Assembly: GCA_024679065.1 (NCBI GenBank)
Contig: JAGIQG010000011.1
Span: forward strand, 54,374,001-54,438,000
Origin: Sphyrna mokarran
Taxonomy: Eukaryota
DNA length: 64,000 bases
Direction of reading: 5' to 3'
Shown here: positions 12,088 to 25,698 of the stretch, piece by piece
Position numbering within the stretch: the first letter of the stretch is position 1
How the letters are laid out: each line of letters begins with the position of its first letter
The notes under the pieces: model-generated
What the model saw: only the letters and a program-made list of their open reading frames with translations
Database searches by the model: none
What the model was told of the DNA's origin: nothing
Made by a program: the position numbers and the translations under genes

Positions 12088-12605
12088 ACAGTTTTAAATT
12101 TAAAAAAATAATTTAAATGTTGAACTCCCAGAAATTAATTCTGAATAAATTAGAATGCAGGGGTTTCATTTAATTGGGCGTGAGGAGCTGAGCTCTCCTC
12201 AGAAGCGTGCAACACAATACATGTCCCTACAAGCATGTACAGATATGAGAAAAGCTGGGGTGCAAGACATCATGAGTTGGAACTAATGAGAAAGAGGGCT
12301 TGGAAGGATGGAGATTGGCAGAATGCTGGTAAAGAGCTTAAAAAGAATTACGGTCAATGAAGGTGCAAAAAGCTTTGGGAGTCTATGGGGAGCACGATGA
12401 GTATGGACTCGGGAATGTTCACATTGGATTTGGGAGCAGAGACCTGGATTCATTTTGAAAGAAACCAGGAAACACGCCTAGAAGATGGATTTGTCAGGGA
12501 ACACTTTGGCTGGGTACTTCCTACTTGGGGAAACAGTTTTAAATTTTTTTAAATAATTTGAATGTTGAACTTCCAGAAATTAATTCTGAATAAATTAGCA
12601 CGCAG
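12088..12605. repeat. 73-bp direct repeats (12088-12160, 12533-12605) flanking a 372-bp purine-rich insert
   Basis: acagttttaaattt..aaataattt.aatgttgaact.ccagaaattaattctgaataaattag..gcag is present twice. Confidence 0.9.
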
Positions 12606-13190
12606 AAAGTAGTCTAAAGGATGCACACGCAGGCTGAGACCCAGTGATCCAAGTTGCAAAGTCCAGTCAACTTAACTCTTTTAGAGGTTCTTTCTTAATT
12701 ACTGGTTTCTCCTGTTTGAATTTTGTGGGTCTGGAGGTTTGTCAGGGTTAATCTTAACATTGTTGGCAGATAATTCACACATTGAATCTCCAAATTGTTG
12801 GTATTAGTAAAATATAGTCTGTATAAATTAATAGAAATGTAGATTTGAATATGCCCCTCAAGTTGTCTTGTACATTTAGATGAAAAGACTTGATCAATCA
12901 TGTTAAATTAATACTTGTAGTGTGACACAATTTCAGCAGATGGTGCTCATTGATCATCTACATGCTCAGTCAGATGGAATCAGCAGTTCCACACTTGCAG
13001 CATATATTGAATTAGCTGTTATTTTCACCATAAAGTGTTTAACATATATTCTATTTATAAGACTGTTCGTATCTTAAATCGGGGCTTTGTTCTCAGTCAT
13101 ACAATGATTTACTCTGTCTTTATTTTTTATTATTATATATACTGCAAAGCAAAATTTGGTCAATTGGGTTAAAATTATTTGTATTTCAAG

Positions 13191-13267
13191 GTGAACTGGA
13201 AGACGGATGCAACATCATCAAAAAAGGATGTTCCTTTGACAGGAACTGATCATCATCCTCTGAACAA
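13191..13267 (+). CDS. TANK: TANK coding exon (phase 0 to 2): VNWKTDATSSKKDVPLTGTDHHPLN(K)
   Basis: Acceptor tgtatttcaag| and donor AA|gtatga. The 77 nt are required to bridge phase 0 (8504) to phase 2 (18363). Same length as the recalled human VRRQEVSSPRKE...LLHE segment. Confidence 0.8.
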
Positions 13268-13579
13268 GTATGATTTTTTTCCCTCCTTCAATGGAAAGTT
13301 GTTCTGTACAAATAATACATATCTCATCAATGGTAAAGGATACTCCAATAGAAAAAGCAGAATTATTTTCTTCATATAATCTATTATTGTGCCAAATATT
13401 TTAGTTATATTGATCAAATGTAACAGTATTGAGGAAGCTTGGTTTCGTGAACGCTTATGTTCTCAGCATCAATGGCATTCTTTGCAGTTGCAAATTAATG
13501 TCTAATTTGCTGAATCTCACGCACATGACACCAATAATTGCTATCTGTATCTTTCACTATTATTACCTACTTACATGAA

Positions 13580-14130
13580 AAGGGATCTGGCCAAATTAAA
13601 TAGATTGGCCAAGAATGAAAGATGGAAACTGTGGAGGAAGAAAGGCTGCAATTATAGAAATAGCTAAATGTACAAGCGCAGAATATAATTCAAGAGGCTA
13701 ATGGAATGTTGGCCTTTATCTCAAGGGATCTGGAAAAAATGAGGTGGAAATTATATTGGTAATATGAGGTCCTGATTAGATCACATTCAGTTATGGACAT
13801 GGCATCTCAGGAAGGAATCCTTGGTTTTGGATTCGTCAGACTTATAATGAGGCTAAATTATAAAGACAAATTGTTTAGTCTACGCTTGCATTCCCTCCAA
13901 TGTATAAGGTGTGTAGAAGGGTGAACTAAATGAAGTGTTTAAGATAATTAAAGGATCTGGTTGGGTAGATAGAGAGAAACTATTTTCTTTGATTGGGGAT
14001 CTTTAGAACAAGGATACAACCTTAAATTAGAGTTTGGCCATTCAGGCTGATGTCAAGAAAATTTCTTTGCACAAAGGTTTATGAGAAATCTGAGCAGACT
14101 CAATGGGCTGAATGGCACAATAGATCTTTG
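13580..14130 (+). mobile_element. CR1-type LINE 3' fragment
   Basis: aggctaatggaatgttggcctttat, gggtagatagagagaaactattt, and tail gcagactcaatgggctgaatggc. Confidence 0.7.
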
Positions 14131-16179
14131 GGCTTTGTAGGTTTCAGAGGTAACAATTTCTGAAAAGCTGTGGTTATGATTAGATAACTAAGAATGAAAC
14201 CAAGCAAATCAGGCTACTAGAGCTAGACAATGTGGGTGATATTGTAAGCAGTCGCGCCAAAATCTTCAGAAAAAACATAGAAGGCATAGGTGTAATTAGC
14301 AATTTTGATTAGAATTATTTCACTGCTGTGAGTGGGAAAGAAACTTGATTGTAAGTATTCAAAACTGGAATTGCAGGAAGGACAGGAACAGATTTGGGAA
14401 TGATCATTGCATTCAAGGGCCTTTCCAATTGTGCCAGGCCTTCCTTCTAGATGTAAAAACAGAAGATGTTAGAAGGAGTCAGCAGATCAACCAGTACCTA
14501 AGGAGAGGAACAGAATTAATATTTTGGATTAAATATGATCCTTCTGGGTGCTATTTTTGACTCAGTCTTCTTTACCGATAATTAATTGGGAAGGCGTTTT
14601 CATAAGGCACTCCAGAACTGTACTTCCTATTTGCACTTCTTCCCATGCTGATAGATGATCACCTGCTTCTAATTATTTTCCCAAGTCAATCCATTCCATG
14701 GGGCCAGACCATCTCTTAGACTACATATTCCAGGAAGGCCTCTGCCTCCTGCTTCGCCCATTGTTAGTTAAACTCAGTGAGTTGAGAGAAAGCATCTTGG
14801 ATGTATATTTGCATTTTCAAATATGGTACAGTTGCAAGCATCCTGCAATTGAAATGCTTTTAAGATTTTTAAAATATGTGTCCCACAAAATGTAAGACAA
14901 TGATAACATAGTAGTTTGAGTTTTATGTTGAGTTTGCCCTGCTGCAATATTGCCTATGAACCTGAAAAAATGTTACAAGGTCAATTCAGTGCTTTGCTTG
15001 CAGACTCAGTCAAAACGGAGTGAGTTGAGACATTTTTTTGTAGTCCCATATTTTTCCTATACACTAGGGAAATCGGGTTATTTCTGCCATATATTCTGAA
15101 GCAGGAAAATGTATTTATCATATGTAATTAAGTCCTCTGAATGTAAGCCATCTTGTGTACTCTTTGTTCCACCATCTTTCATAGAATCCAGATGGCTGTT
15201 GTGCAGGAAGTGTCCTATGATGCTAAGTGGAGCAACCATATTTTCATGGAGCTACACAGCTGTTTGTGTGCCATTACTTGCAGCAATACCTTGCCGCTGT
15301 GATGCACTTACTGTTAACAAAATTAACTCCCCTTTTAATTACAATTGCAGAGTCCCTGATGTGGGGCTGGGAGTTTGCAATGAATATTCAAGGAGGCTAA
15401 GCCTGAAATATACGGTTGGATTGATCCATGAACAAAAATATTTCAAAACATCAATTCCGTGGTCTCAAATGTGGGTGCAGGAAATATACTTTGGACACGT
15501 TTTATCAAGTCTTTCTGGTTCTGAAAGTTGATGGAATGGTCAGACTAGTAAATTAATACCCTTCAGACCCTGATCAGTTTTTCAATTCCTGTATGTGCCA
15601 TTTTGCCAAAGAACTGTCCCCACATACTGTTAGTTTGGATTGCTTCTTTGACAGCCAGCGTAAGTATCACATGAGTGGATTTTATAGTGCCTTCTTTGGT
15701 GAAGACAACATATCCATCCTGGTATTCCGTATTACTTATTCTAAAAAATTAATTCCAATTGTACCTCAAACTGCAGGTGCCAAGTCACATATCAATCATT
15801 GCAGCTAATGTTTGCTATGAAAATATTATGTTTATATATATAAATGTGGTCAATGTTTTCAATCTCATCCAATTGATGATGTGAAAAAAATCTATTTATA
15901 ATTAAAAGTAGCAGTGTACTAAATTTAGTTGCAGTTGAATGAAAACCCAAGTGTCCCACTTTTCTCATTTACTTAAAAAAAACAAAGCAAGCATGCTAAT
16001 TAACTGAAATTTAGATCAACAACTCGAAAGGCTGTATTTTGATAAATTGAGTGCCACATTTATTCTTTCAAAGCAATTCTTAACTGTTGTTTTAATCTGA
16101 CATCGCTGTACCAGTAGCATTTCTAAGATGATAGATCAATAAAAAAAATTCTTTCAAGTCATGTAAGTTGTTTATGTAA

Positions 16180-16490
16180 TTTAAAGTTAAAGTTTACTTA
16201 TTAGTCACAAGTAGTCTTACATTAACATTGCAATGAAGTTATTGTCAAAATCCCTAAGTAGCCACACTCCGGCACATGTTTGGGTATACTGAGGGAGAAT
16301 TTAGCGTGGCCAATGCACCTAAACCAGCACGTCTTTCGGACTGTGAGAGGAAACCGGATCATCCAGAGGAAACACACACAGACAATGGGAGAATGTACAA
16401 ACTCCACACAGATAGTGACCCAAGCCGGGAATCAAACCCAGATCTCTGAAGCTGTGAGGCAGCAGTGCTGACTACTGCACCACTGTACCA
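16180..16490 (-). mobile_element. HE1-like SINE (tail type B)
   Basis: aaagttaaagtttacttattagtcacaagtag...aaactccacacaga...gctgtgaggcagcagtgctgactactgcacc. Confidence 0.85.
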
Positions 16491-17299
16491 TTATCCAACA
16501 GATGAAAGATAACTGGATAATTTCCCATCAAATTACAACACCATGACAAAGTATCCTGCTACTCTGACTAAATGCAGTACATATTAACCATACACATAAA
16601 CAAACACAGCGAAACTAATTAAAAATAGAGAATATATGTGAACTGAAGAGCGTAATAAACAATATATGCAGTTGCAGGTTTGATTCCAACGCAAGCTACC
16701 CTTATTCCAGCACAACTTGTAAAGGATTTCCTACAATTTTATGTCTTGGGGATCATTTATTTCACCTTATCTGTAATTTGATTTCTTTTCCTGGCCTCTG
16801 TTTCCCCCAACCTCTTTGTTTTAAAGTCAAACCCAAGCATAAACGAATTATTCATATCTGACTGCATTTATTTGGACTTCTTCAAAGCCATTTTTTATTT
16901 CCATTACCTTTGTTCCATTCTGGTCTTCAATTATACCTTTCTCTGTTCCATGAAGGTTTTCCATTTCCCCTTTACTCTTACTCTGCCTCCACCCAACAAT
17001 TGACAATTGTACCAGCTTTCACAAACTTTCCATACGGAAAGACATGGAAGATATTCTTTCCATATCTGAGCAGTGTATTGAGATATTGCATTCTTTTTTA
17101 ATATACACAGTCATTCTCAATGTTTTACCATCCCATCTAGAAGATTGTATTTTGCAGCAAAATTTTTGACAAAAAAAATTAAATAATGATATAATCTTAA
17201 TCTAGTGTGTAGAAGGCACAACTTTGTCCTACAGAGCAGAAGGCTCCAATATTTGTGCTTAGTAGTTGATCTCACATGGAATAATAATAATGAAATCAC

Positions 17300-17510
17300 A
17301 ATTAGCCCTTGTATTCTTGGCTTGGTTGGGGAAAAAATCAAATTAGAATCTTGCTCCTCATCACTATACAGTGACCCCCTGGAAGCTTGTACATATGGGT
17401 ATAAGGTGCTTGGCTGTGATGCCCTCCACAGCTCAGGGGGTCCATTGACACATGGCCTTAGACTTGAAAAATAGTCTCTTGCCTGAGTTATTCACATCTT
17501 GGAAACCGTA
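17300..17510 (+). mobile_element. Old unclassified SINE-like repeat fragment (related pieces at about 780-960 and 37380-37690, - strand)
   Basis: The motif tgctcct.atcactat.cagtgacccc.ctggaa...ggctgtgatgccctccacag has a reverse-complement counterpart ttccagcaggagtcaccagata at about 37570. Confidence 0.4.
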
Positions 17511-18362
17511 TCCCAACCAGAGGAGGGAAGAAAATTAAAAAAAATATATGAATTGTTTCTTGTATGTTGTGTGTTATTGGAGCACATTTTACAGTTCACA
17601 AGCTCCTTTTATTCAGTTATTAACTGGTAGTAGTAATAAACCATCAATGAAAGCAGACCAGATATATTATAGATGGGTACAAGGGGTGCCAGCATAGCGA
17701 AGCCAGCTTGCATTTCTGCCAGAGTCTTCAGTGAAGTACCTCTGAATTCCTACTGGCATGATCCCAACCCCTGAAGGGGTGATTATCTTGCCATGCTGGT
17801 ATGAGCTTGAAGTAGTAATTCAGCAGGATTTATAGTGCCAGTCTAGTGCTGGATCATTGTAAATGCCAAATTTAAATTGGACACAAACTTGGCAGAATAA
17901 ACTGGTTATAAAACATTCGACTTCTGTGTTGAGGAATTAGTTCCAAATGTGATATTCTCCCATGAAACTAATAGTTAGTTCCAAAATATTATAGGTTACC
18001 ACTTCAATAAATGTCATTGCTACTATATCTAAAGGTTTGATGCAAAGGGGTGCTGGTATTCATACCTGCACAAAGAAATAAAGCCATTTATTCAGAATGT
18101 GGTTCTTATCACCACCTGGTGGCCTGCCTCCCAACCAGATGATCACAGGTTCAGGAAATGTGAAAAATTGGCAGTTTTCTAGTTTGCTATAAGCGCACCT
18201 TCTGTCAGCTGATCGTGTAACAGCATTGATTATGGTCACGGCCAAGTCTGAGACCTAGACCGTCCCTCCTTTTAACTGAAGAAGGCTGTGTAATGGCAAG
18301 TGATTTATATAGGAAAATTAACATGAATCCGTTTTTCTGACATACCAATACTTTTATTACAG

Positions 18363-18478
18363 AGATTCGTTGGACTTTGCTTTTCAGGAGGTTTGTCAAG
18401 AATTTGAACAACTGTCTGCCTTGACAAAGAAACAAATGGAACTTCTGAGTATGTATAACTACAACAAAAAAGTAATAG
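18363..18478 (+). CDS. TANK: TANK exon encoding the TBK1/IKKe-binding domain: (K)DSLDFAFQEVCQEFEQLSALTKKQMELLSMYNYNKKVI
   Basis: Acceptor cttttattacag| and donor AG|gtgagt; 116 nt, phase 2 to 1. The pattern matches human IEKTFWDLKEEFHKICMLAKAQKDHL (recalled). Confidence 0.9.
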
Positions 18479-20464
18479 GTGAGTACTATGCACATTTTCT
18501 CTGCATTGTACTTCTGTCATTTAAGGAGAGAATTCGAAAGGCATCTTTGTAAAACTGCGAAATACATACCTGGGTTATTTTCCACTAATTAGAATGTCAC
18601 ATCCTTCATTGTAAATCTTCGTTATCTGAAACATTTATTTTCTTCCTTGTATTTTCATCATATTTGAAACAATTTAAAAAAGAAACTGATGGACAAACAT
18701 TTAATTACAGAGGAAAAATCTGCAGCCTCTGTAAACAACATTGAAAATGCAATGTAGAAGACTGCTCATTAATTATCCCATGCTGTCCGATATTGCATAT
18801 TTGTAATTCATGTCAGCCTTTAGAAGTGCATTATCAATTTAACTGTAATAATTAAATATCTTAAAACTCTCGGCATAAGTTTCCAATAAATTAACATTTA
18901 TTAAATGGGCAAGGAATGAGAAGTTAAATCAAAATTTAATCTGTGGAAATCTTGCAGGTGATCCAAGTAGTATTAGAAATTTATCAATGGTTGCAGAATA
19001 TGAGTTCTTTTCTCTCCCTTTCTAATTTGTTAATACTAAAAATATAAGATCTGCTTTTATCAATGAAGTAATGATTACAGGTACTGCTGAAAATGAACAT
19101 TTAATATTCGATGTGCCAGCATTAAAATGAATTGTAAACTTTAGTTTAAATGTTATAGAAGTCCAATGACACTAAAGTGATGAACACGTAGTTACAAGAT
19201 TTTTCCAATAAACAATGATTGACTTAATAAAACAGCTATACTGGTTTCACAACTCTACTGTTTGTTAATAAAGGTAAATTTCATCAATTGGTTATTTCTG
19301 TAGTGAGTTGGAAAGAAATGTAAACATTCTTCACTTCAGGTAGCTTTAAAGAAACTTATGAAATAGAAATACAACTTTTGTCATATACTTGTTTCCTGCC
19401 TTTAGGCAGTTCCCAGTCACACATTGTTCCCTAATTTGGAGGGAGGGGTGGGGAAGCAAATGATTAGTCTTTGAATTATACCAGTGTTATTCTCGAGCAG
19501 ACATTGGAAGGTGTACAAGCCCAATTTTGCTTGGCTCCCAATTTTCCCTCTCTGTGGACAAGCATTAAACCACTGATTGTCACTTAGTTGTACAGAGAGT
19601 TGGGTTGGCAGCATTAAAATTTCAATTTTGTTTTTTTTAAATAAAACGATTACTTGCAATAAGTCTATAGTGGAAAAAGTTAAGAATAAAACAGATCAAC
19701 TCTGTATTTCAAAATGTAGCAACAAGGTTAAAACTATGTTTGGCTATTCATTTTAACCTCTAGAAGGTGAAATGTTCTCAAAAATGTTCAATTTGTTCCC
19801 TGAGGATATATTCAGCTATCCCCTTTCTTCCCTTGTGCCAAACATCATCCTCGTCCTTGAGAACTTGCTACTATTGTCTTCGGTCTTAGAGGTCTATATT
19901 TCTCTTCTTTTTCTCTGTGATGAGGCCTTTGGCTTCTAATTAAGATCTCCTTATGTGACAGGATAGAAATCAGACACTTCAAATTTTCCAGTCGCTGTTA
20001 TTTTAATACATGTGGGTAAGCAATTCATTATAAAATAATGATGATTGAAAAACCAGTGCTTTAAAATTTGAGAGTTTCATGCATGGAAGTATATCCTAGC
20101 AGTCTAATCTGCTGTGTTGGGCTTGCAGAAGAACAGTCAGTAATCAGCTGTCAAACTAAGATATTGACTGCTGTCCTTTCTAGCCATGGATGCTGGTGTT
20201 TGAACTCCAGAGCAGTTTTTAAAAATTGTATTGGCCAGAATTAAATGGCCTCCCAGGTATTAATGAAAACTAACATTTATTCTCACAGATTTAAAAAGGT
20301 TACTTTTTTTTTTGGAACAGGTTGTGTGCTACATTAAGTATAGTTATTTCCCATCCTCCATTCTGTGTAATTTGCTTTATCTATCAGGATCTAGCTAAAG
20401 GGACAGAATGCAAATATTTAATCATTAGAGATGGACATAATGGAATTGAGTAAATTCCCTATTT

Positions 20465-20730
20465 TTATTGCCTATCTTTAAATGTCCTTGAGAAGATGGT
20501 AATGAACTGCCTCCTTGAATCACTGCAGGTAGGCCTATGTGGTGTAGGTACATCAAAAGTGCTGCTAAGGAAGGAGTTCCAGGATTTTGATCCGGCAACA
20601 TGAAAGAATAGCAATATAGTTCTGACAATGTGTGGCTTGGTGAGAAACTTAGAGGAGTTGGTGTTCCTGTGCATCCGCTGCCCGTGTCCTTCTAATGAAA
20701 GAGATCATGGGGTTTGAAAAGTGCTGTTGA
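20465..20730 (-). mobile_element. LINE (CR1/L2-type) 3' fragment
   Basis: Minus-strand ORF KSWNSFLSSTFDVPTPHRP...FKDRQ followed by AATAAA is a typical LINE ORF2 end. Confidence 0.6.
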
Positions 20731-20916
20731 GAATATAATATTCCTGATAATATGCTAATAGCGGGGGGCAGGGGGGGAAGAGATATAGATTATAACATAA
20801 ATAGCTTGAATATTGCCCTTCAGGTTGAATTCTAAGACGTTACTTTTCTTTTGTTTTCTTTTGATTTTCTGTGGAGTTTGGGATCCAATTATTGATTTTA
20901 CTGTTTATTATTCTAG

Positions 20917-21464
20917 ACATGCCTGTCTCAATGCCAATACAATGTACAGATGATGAACACGAACATGTAGAAGAACATTTTGTTGGGAAGGACAAAAGTT
21001 TGTCCAAAAGGGTGATTGGAACACAAAGCTGCAGAATGCAGGAGGAAAAGCTTCCAGTTGTTGAGTCTCTGTCTGATTTAGATGTCAAATTCCCACCTTC
21101 AGACAACGACTATGATTTCCTAAACAGCACACCAGAAAAGCTAAGATCAAAAACTCATTTTGAAGATCCTACATGTAAAGATGAAGAGGTACTGTTGAAA
21201 GATCATCCCCAAAACTTGGAACAGAAAAACAAGGAAGAATGCACTTTGTTTGAAAAATTTACTGTGGGACTAAATAATAATGCAACACATCCTTTCTGTG
21301 ATGAGCAAGGAAAATCTACAGACATTCATACCTCCATATGTGCCACAGTTGATAAGACCACATTTCGAGGTCCTTCTGCTCTTAAACCTTCAAATCCTTT
21401 TCTAAATGTTGAATCTCATCAGATGGTTCGTCCAGCATCAACAGAGATAAGAGGACCGCAACAG
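20917..21464 (+). CDS. TANK: TANK large exon with the TRAF-binding motif PIQCTD
   Basis: Acceptor ttattctag| and donor CAG|gtaagt; 548 nt, phase 1 to 0. It contains SMPIQCTD, ESLSDLDVKFPPSDNDYDFLNSTPEK (human ESLSKFNVKFPPMDNDSTFLHSTPER) and IRGPQQ. Confidence 0.97.
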
Positions 21465-23074
21465 GTAAGTCAAACATCCCAAAGTTAGTGCTGCATATAA
21501 TGTATTCCCATTGCATTTTTAGTTATTTAGTGACATGAGCCCAAATTCCTAATTGTTTGGATCTTGTTGTTGAAGTAGCATTGAGGGTCATATATTCATA
21601 ATTATCTAGGAATAAACAGTACAACTTCAGTTAAGGAGGAGATGTATGGTTAAGTGCTAGTATCCAAAAGTTGCTTTCTGAATTGTCATCGTTCTCGTCA
21701 CCTTCATGAAACTGGCATTTTGCTAACTGCTTCACCAGGCATTGAATGTCAAAGTTGCTGACAAAAGCTTGTCACAGAAAGTTAAGTTTTGTCATTTGTT
21801 TCAGTCGCAAGTGCTTTAATGGGTATGATAATTACTGCCAATCAATCTTTCCAACATTTGAAAATTAACAGTTCCAATTGTGGAGTTTCATTCCTTCAGG
21901 CATTTTGTTGGAAGTTTTAAAAATGCTAAATTTTGTTTTCCATTTCTCATAATTTCACCTTTTACTCTCTCGGTATCTGGTTTCACACTGAAGGCACTCG
22001 TTTCAAATTTTCCTCCACTGTTTATTTCTCAATCCTTCAATCTAATTCATTAAGAAGCATACTGTTGCTTGTCCCATCCACTCAGGTCCATGACGCACTG
22101 TTTCTGTAATTGCAACATTATCAGCTCACACTTGGAACAACTTAGGTGGGCAAAAATGTTTTGAGCTGAAGGGTGCAGAAATATGTACAACCAACAGCAG
22201 ATGTCATTAGATGCTACAGCAAAATCTACGCAATTATGTTTCTTTTGGTGTCATTATTTTTGATCAGTCACTGAACGAAGGGTGTTGACTTTATTTGACT
22301 CCGATTCCACACTAATGTGAATAATTTTCACCTTCCCTCTGAAGTAACTTTGAATGCCCCTCAGTTGTATCAAACTCTTGAATTGTATCTAACTGCTATA
22401 AGGAATTGCAGAGCTCAAGAAGTTGACCACCACCTTTCAAGGCAGCCACATTCCAAGGCTGAGTTCTATTTTTAAAAAAACCCTGAATGATGAAATATTG
22501 TTTCATGAGTTTCTGATGTAAGTTCTTGTTCAACCTTTTCTAATGAAGAAATTGTTCTTAATATAGTTCAAAGTCCCTTTTTGATCTTTCTTGCCCAACC
22601 TTGCTGTCTTGGCAAAATACAAAAAGATTGCAATTGCATGAAAAAAATAATATGTAGTAAACAAAACCATACACTTTCTGCATGCCATGGGACTAACATT
22701 TATCCCATTACTACAATATATTATACTGGATACTTCATACATGATCACAATCTTCTGCCTATTCAAGAAAGCTGAAAACACTCAATTGTGTTGAGGATCT
22801 GCATGTATAGTGAAGCTGGATTTTACCTCTGGAACTTGTGTCCCAAGTCCAATCAAGACACATGGGAGGAAGATTTTCTCTGTCTCTTAGCTGTAAGAAT
22901 CCTGTGGGAAATAAGTTTGGGAAATCTTTCCCTAATTTCTTGCACATAACTGAATCCAGCTTGACACTAGTTGGCAGTTTTATCCTGATTAGCTTATGAT
23001 AGGTGTGAAAATTGAAATTGGGAAGAAGGTCTGGTGAAGTAGAAACTGCACCTCTTGAGTTTGGCAAAGGCACA

Positions 23075-23245
23075 TGCTGTGGTAGGTTAAATGGATTGGC
23101 CATGCTAAATTGCCTCTTAGTTGGTGTCGAGGGAGGGACCATTAAGGTAAATAGGTGCAATTGGGAGGGGTGGGGCTTGGGTGGCATAGTTGTTGGTGCA
23201 GACTTGATGGGCTGAATGGCTTCCTCCATATGAAATCTATGATTT
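23075..23245 (+). mobile_element. 5'-truncated HE1-like SINE (type A tail)
   Basis: ggattggccatgctaaattgcc...gcagacttgatgggctgaatggcttcct...ctatgatt. Confidence 0.75.
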
Positions 23246-24564
23246 TCCTATTCTGCTGCAGGAGACTTTATTTTATGCATAACTTTGCTATGTCTGAATT
23301 TGAAGTGCTTCATGTTGACACTGGTATCTAAAATATTGTTGTTCCCTTCCCTCTCCCTCACATATGCCTGTTCTGGATATAACAGGCTTATTTGATGAGC
23401 AAATGAGTGATTTATAATGGGTAAGTAGATATTAACCATTTCCAACATGTATTATCCCAAACATCTGATGGCCAATGAGCTTTTGAGCAATTTAAATCAT
23501 TATTTGTTTATTGTTCACATAGATTTCAATATTTTTAATCCATGTAAATTTGAATAGTTTGGAGCAAAGTTTCATTGTCAATTACTTGGAGATCTTGGTC
23601 CAGATCTTCCAGTCTCCAGACTGTTGGAGACCAGACATACAACCCAAGATATGCAGTGGGACTCCACAGAAGTTCCAATGTATTGACCTCTGTGGGAATT
23701 GCCCAAGAATTTTGAACTTAATTCCCTTGATCCCTGGACCCGACAGGAACATCCCGGACTGTCAGCTAAAGATTTTGGACAGTTCGTGGCTCTTAACTGG
23801 AAGTGTTAGACAGAAAAATCCTAGTCTAACTCTGGCTAATCACAGAACTGATTCTCCAATTCTCACTCTCACCAGTTCTCACCAAAAAACAAGCTCCCAG
23901 TGCATCATGATAGTGTTCCCTATCGTGCTATCTCCTGACCAGACCTGATGGCCCCTGACTTAACTATCCCTCCAAACCAGCCACAAATACCCCCCCAATC
24001 TATCTACCCACCTGCTACCTCACCCATCTACCTGCTGTATCATGCTGTCCATTAATTCAGTCATCGATTCATCATTCATTTCAGTACAGTCGCCTATCTA
24101 TCCTGGTTCTCCGTAGGATTGTACGCTTCACGTTTCTGAAGAAGCCAAGCTTGGAAGACCCAACTCGAAATGTGGAAGATTTAGGCCCTTGTATTTCAAA
24201 TTAAGATTGCTCAGCTACCAAACAGCTTTGACCAAATGCAATAATGCATGTGCATGTGATTTCATGTTAGCTCTACTGATATTCATATATCAGTAATATC
24301 AATAATAAGTTCTATAATATCTATACTGAGCATCTTCAGAAGCTAAAGCAATTATCTGTGCCCTATAATTGAAGGCAAATCAGTTCTACAGCAATGACCA
24401 ACCAAGCAAATTTAGAATACATTCTCCACTTCTATCATTTTTCAGGAAGAAAAGCATGGGAAAAGTAATGATCATACTATGCATTCTGCAGTAACTGGAA
24501 CATTTCTCAATTATTATTCAAGTTGATGGTATTTGCAAAACAGCCACATTGGAACAATCCATAA

Positions 24565-25698
24565 ACAGCGCAGTTTTTCTAAAAAAATTCTAAGTGTTGC
24601 ATTCATATGAAAACTAGAGTAAATCGTGCTTTTTTTTCAGTGGCAACCTCAAAAAGAATCTCCCACACTCTTGTGCACTACAGAGTGCCTCAGCATGAAT
24701 GACACGGGGGGCGGCACCTATTCCCATTCGGGAGGCTGGCAGCATAATGCTGAGTGGGTCATTGCGCATGCACTGATCTATCAGCTCCAATCTATTAGCC
24801 CATCGACTGCTGGCCTGCTCTGCAATCCCTGCATCGCTGGCCATGCAAATCCCTCCATCTCCTCAATGGCCTGGCCAGGCAACCCTGATAGTTGGCATCT
24901 CTCCCTCCCCTATCAATCCCAATAACAGAGTAGCAATGGGGCCGCACCTCCATCAGGCCCCGCCCATGTTAGGCCACATGTCCTTGGCATTGTCACATGC
25001 CCTGCGGGTACTGCCAAAGTGCCCCTGGTCATTAGCACTTTCCCTTGGGCAGTGCCAGGAGGCCCAAGCTGACACCACCAAGGTGGCAATCCCTGGCGGG
25101 ACCTCTGGCACCTGACCCTCTGGGGAGCCTTGATTGAGGAATCATGGAACCCTACAGTGCAGAGAGGCCCTTCAGCCCACCAAGTCTGCATCAACCACAA
25201 TCCCACCTAGGCCTTACTCCCATATCCCTACATATTTACCTACTACTCCCTCTAACCTATGGATTTCAGGACACTCAGGGACAATTTAGCATGGCCAATC
25301 AACCTAACCTGCACATCTTTGGACAATGGGAGGAAACTGGAGCACCTGGAGGAAACCCACAGATTGTCCCTACCTTCACTCCAATGGCGTCAGTCAGCAA
25401 GCTCCCCAAGCATGGGGAGCTGCTGTAAATCCCACTGGAGTAAAACATTTCTGGTGGAGGGAGATGCTAGAAGGCCCAGAGATTTCAATCCTGGGCCTAT
25501 TAATTGAACTTAAGTTTTCTTCAAATTGCACCCTGCATTCGTTAGGCAGCTCTGCGCTGATTTCTGACACAGAACTCACAGTGCCAGAAATCCAGCGCTG
25601 GGAGAGACATTCAGGCTAATATGCCTAGTACAAATCGCTAAAGTCTGCTAGCCTGCTGCACAAATAAATAAGTGCAGCGGGACAGGAGAATCGCCCCA
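24565..25698. mobile_element. GC-rich non-autonomous DNA transposon-like repeat with a nested HE1-like SINE (about 25140-25362, -)
   Basis: GC-rich island ending ggagaatcgccccc (GGGC-type terminus as at 9876). The nested piece reads gaatcatggaaccctacagtgcagagaggccc...ggaggaaacccac. Confidence 0.5.

Noticed and set aside
20871-21488. 205-aa ORF as a stand-alone gene with a signal peptide
   Set aside because: The hydrophobic N-terminus is translated polypyrimidine intron. The real exon is 20917-21464 of TANK.
24614-25619. Cluster of overlapping ORFs on both strands
   Set aside because: It lies in a GC-rich repeat with a nested SINE, where stop-poor composition explains the ORFs.
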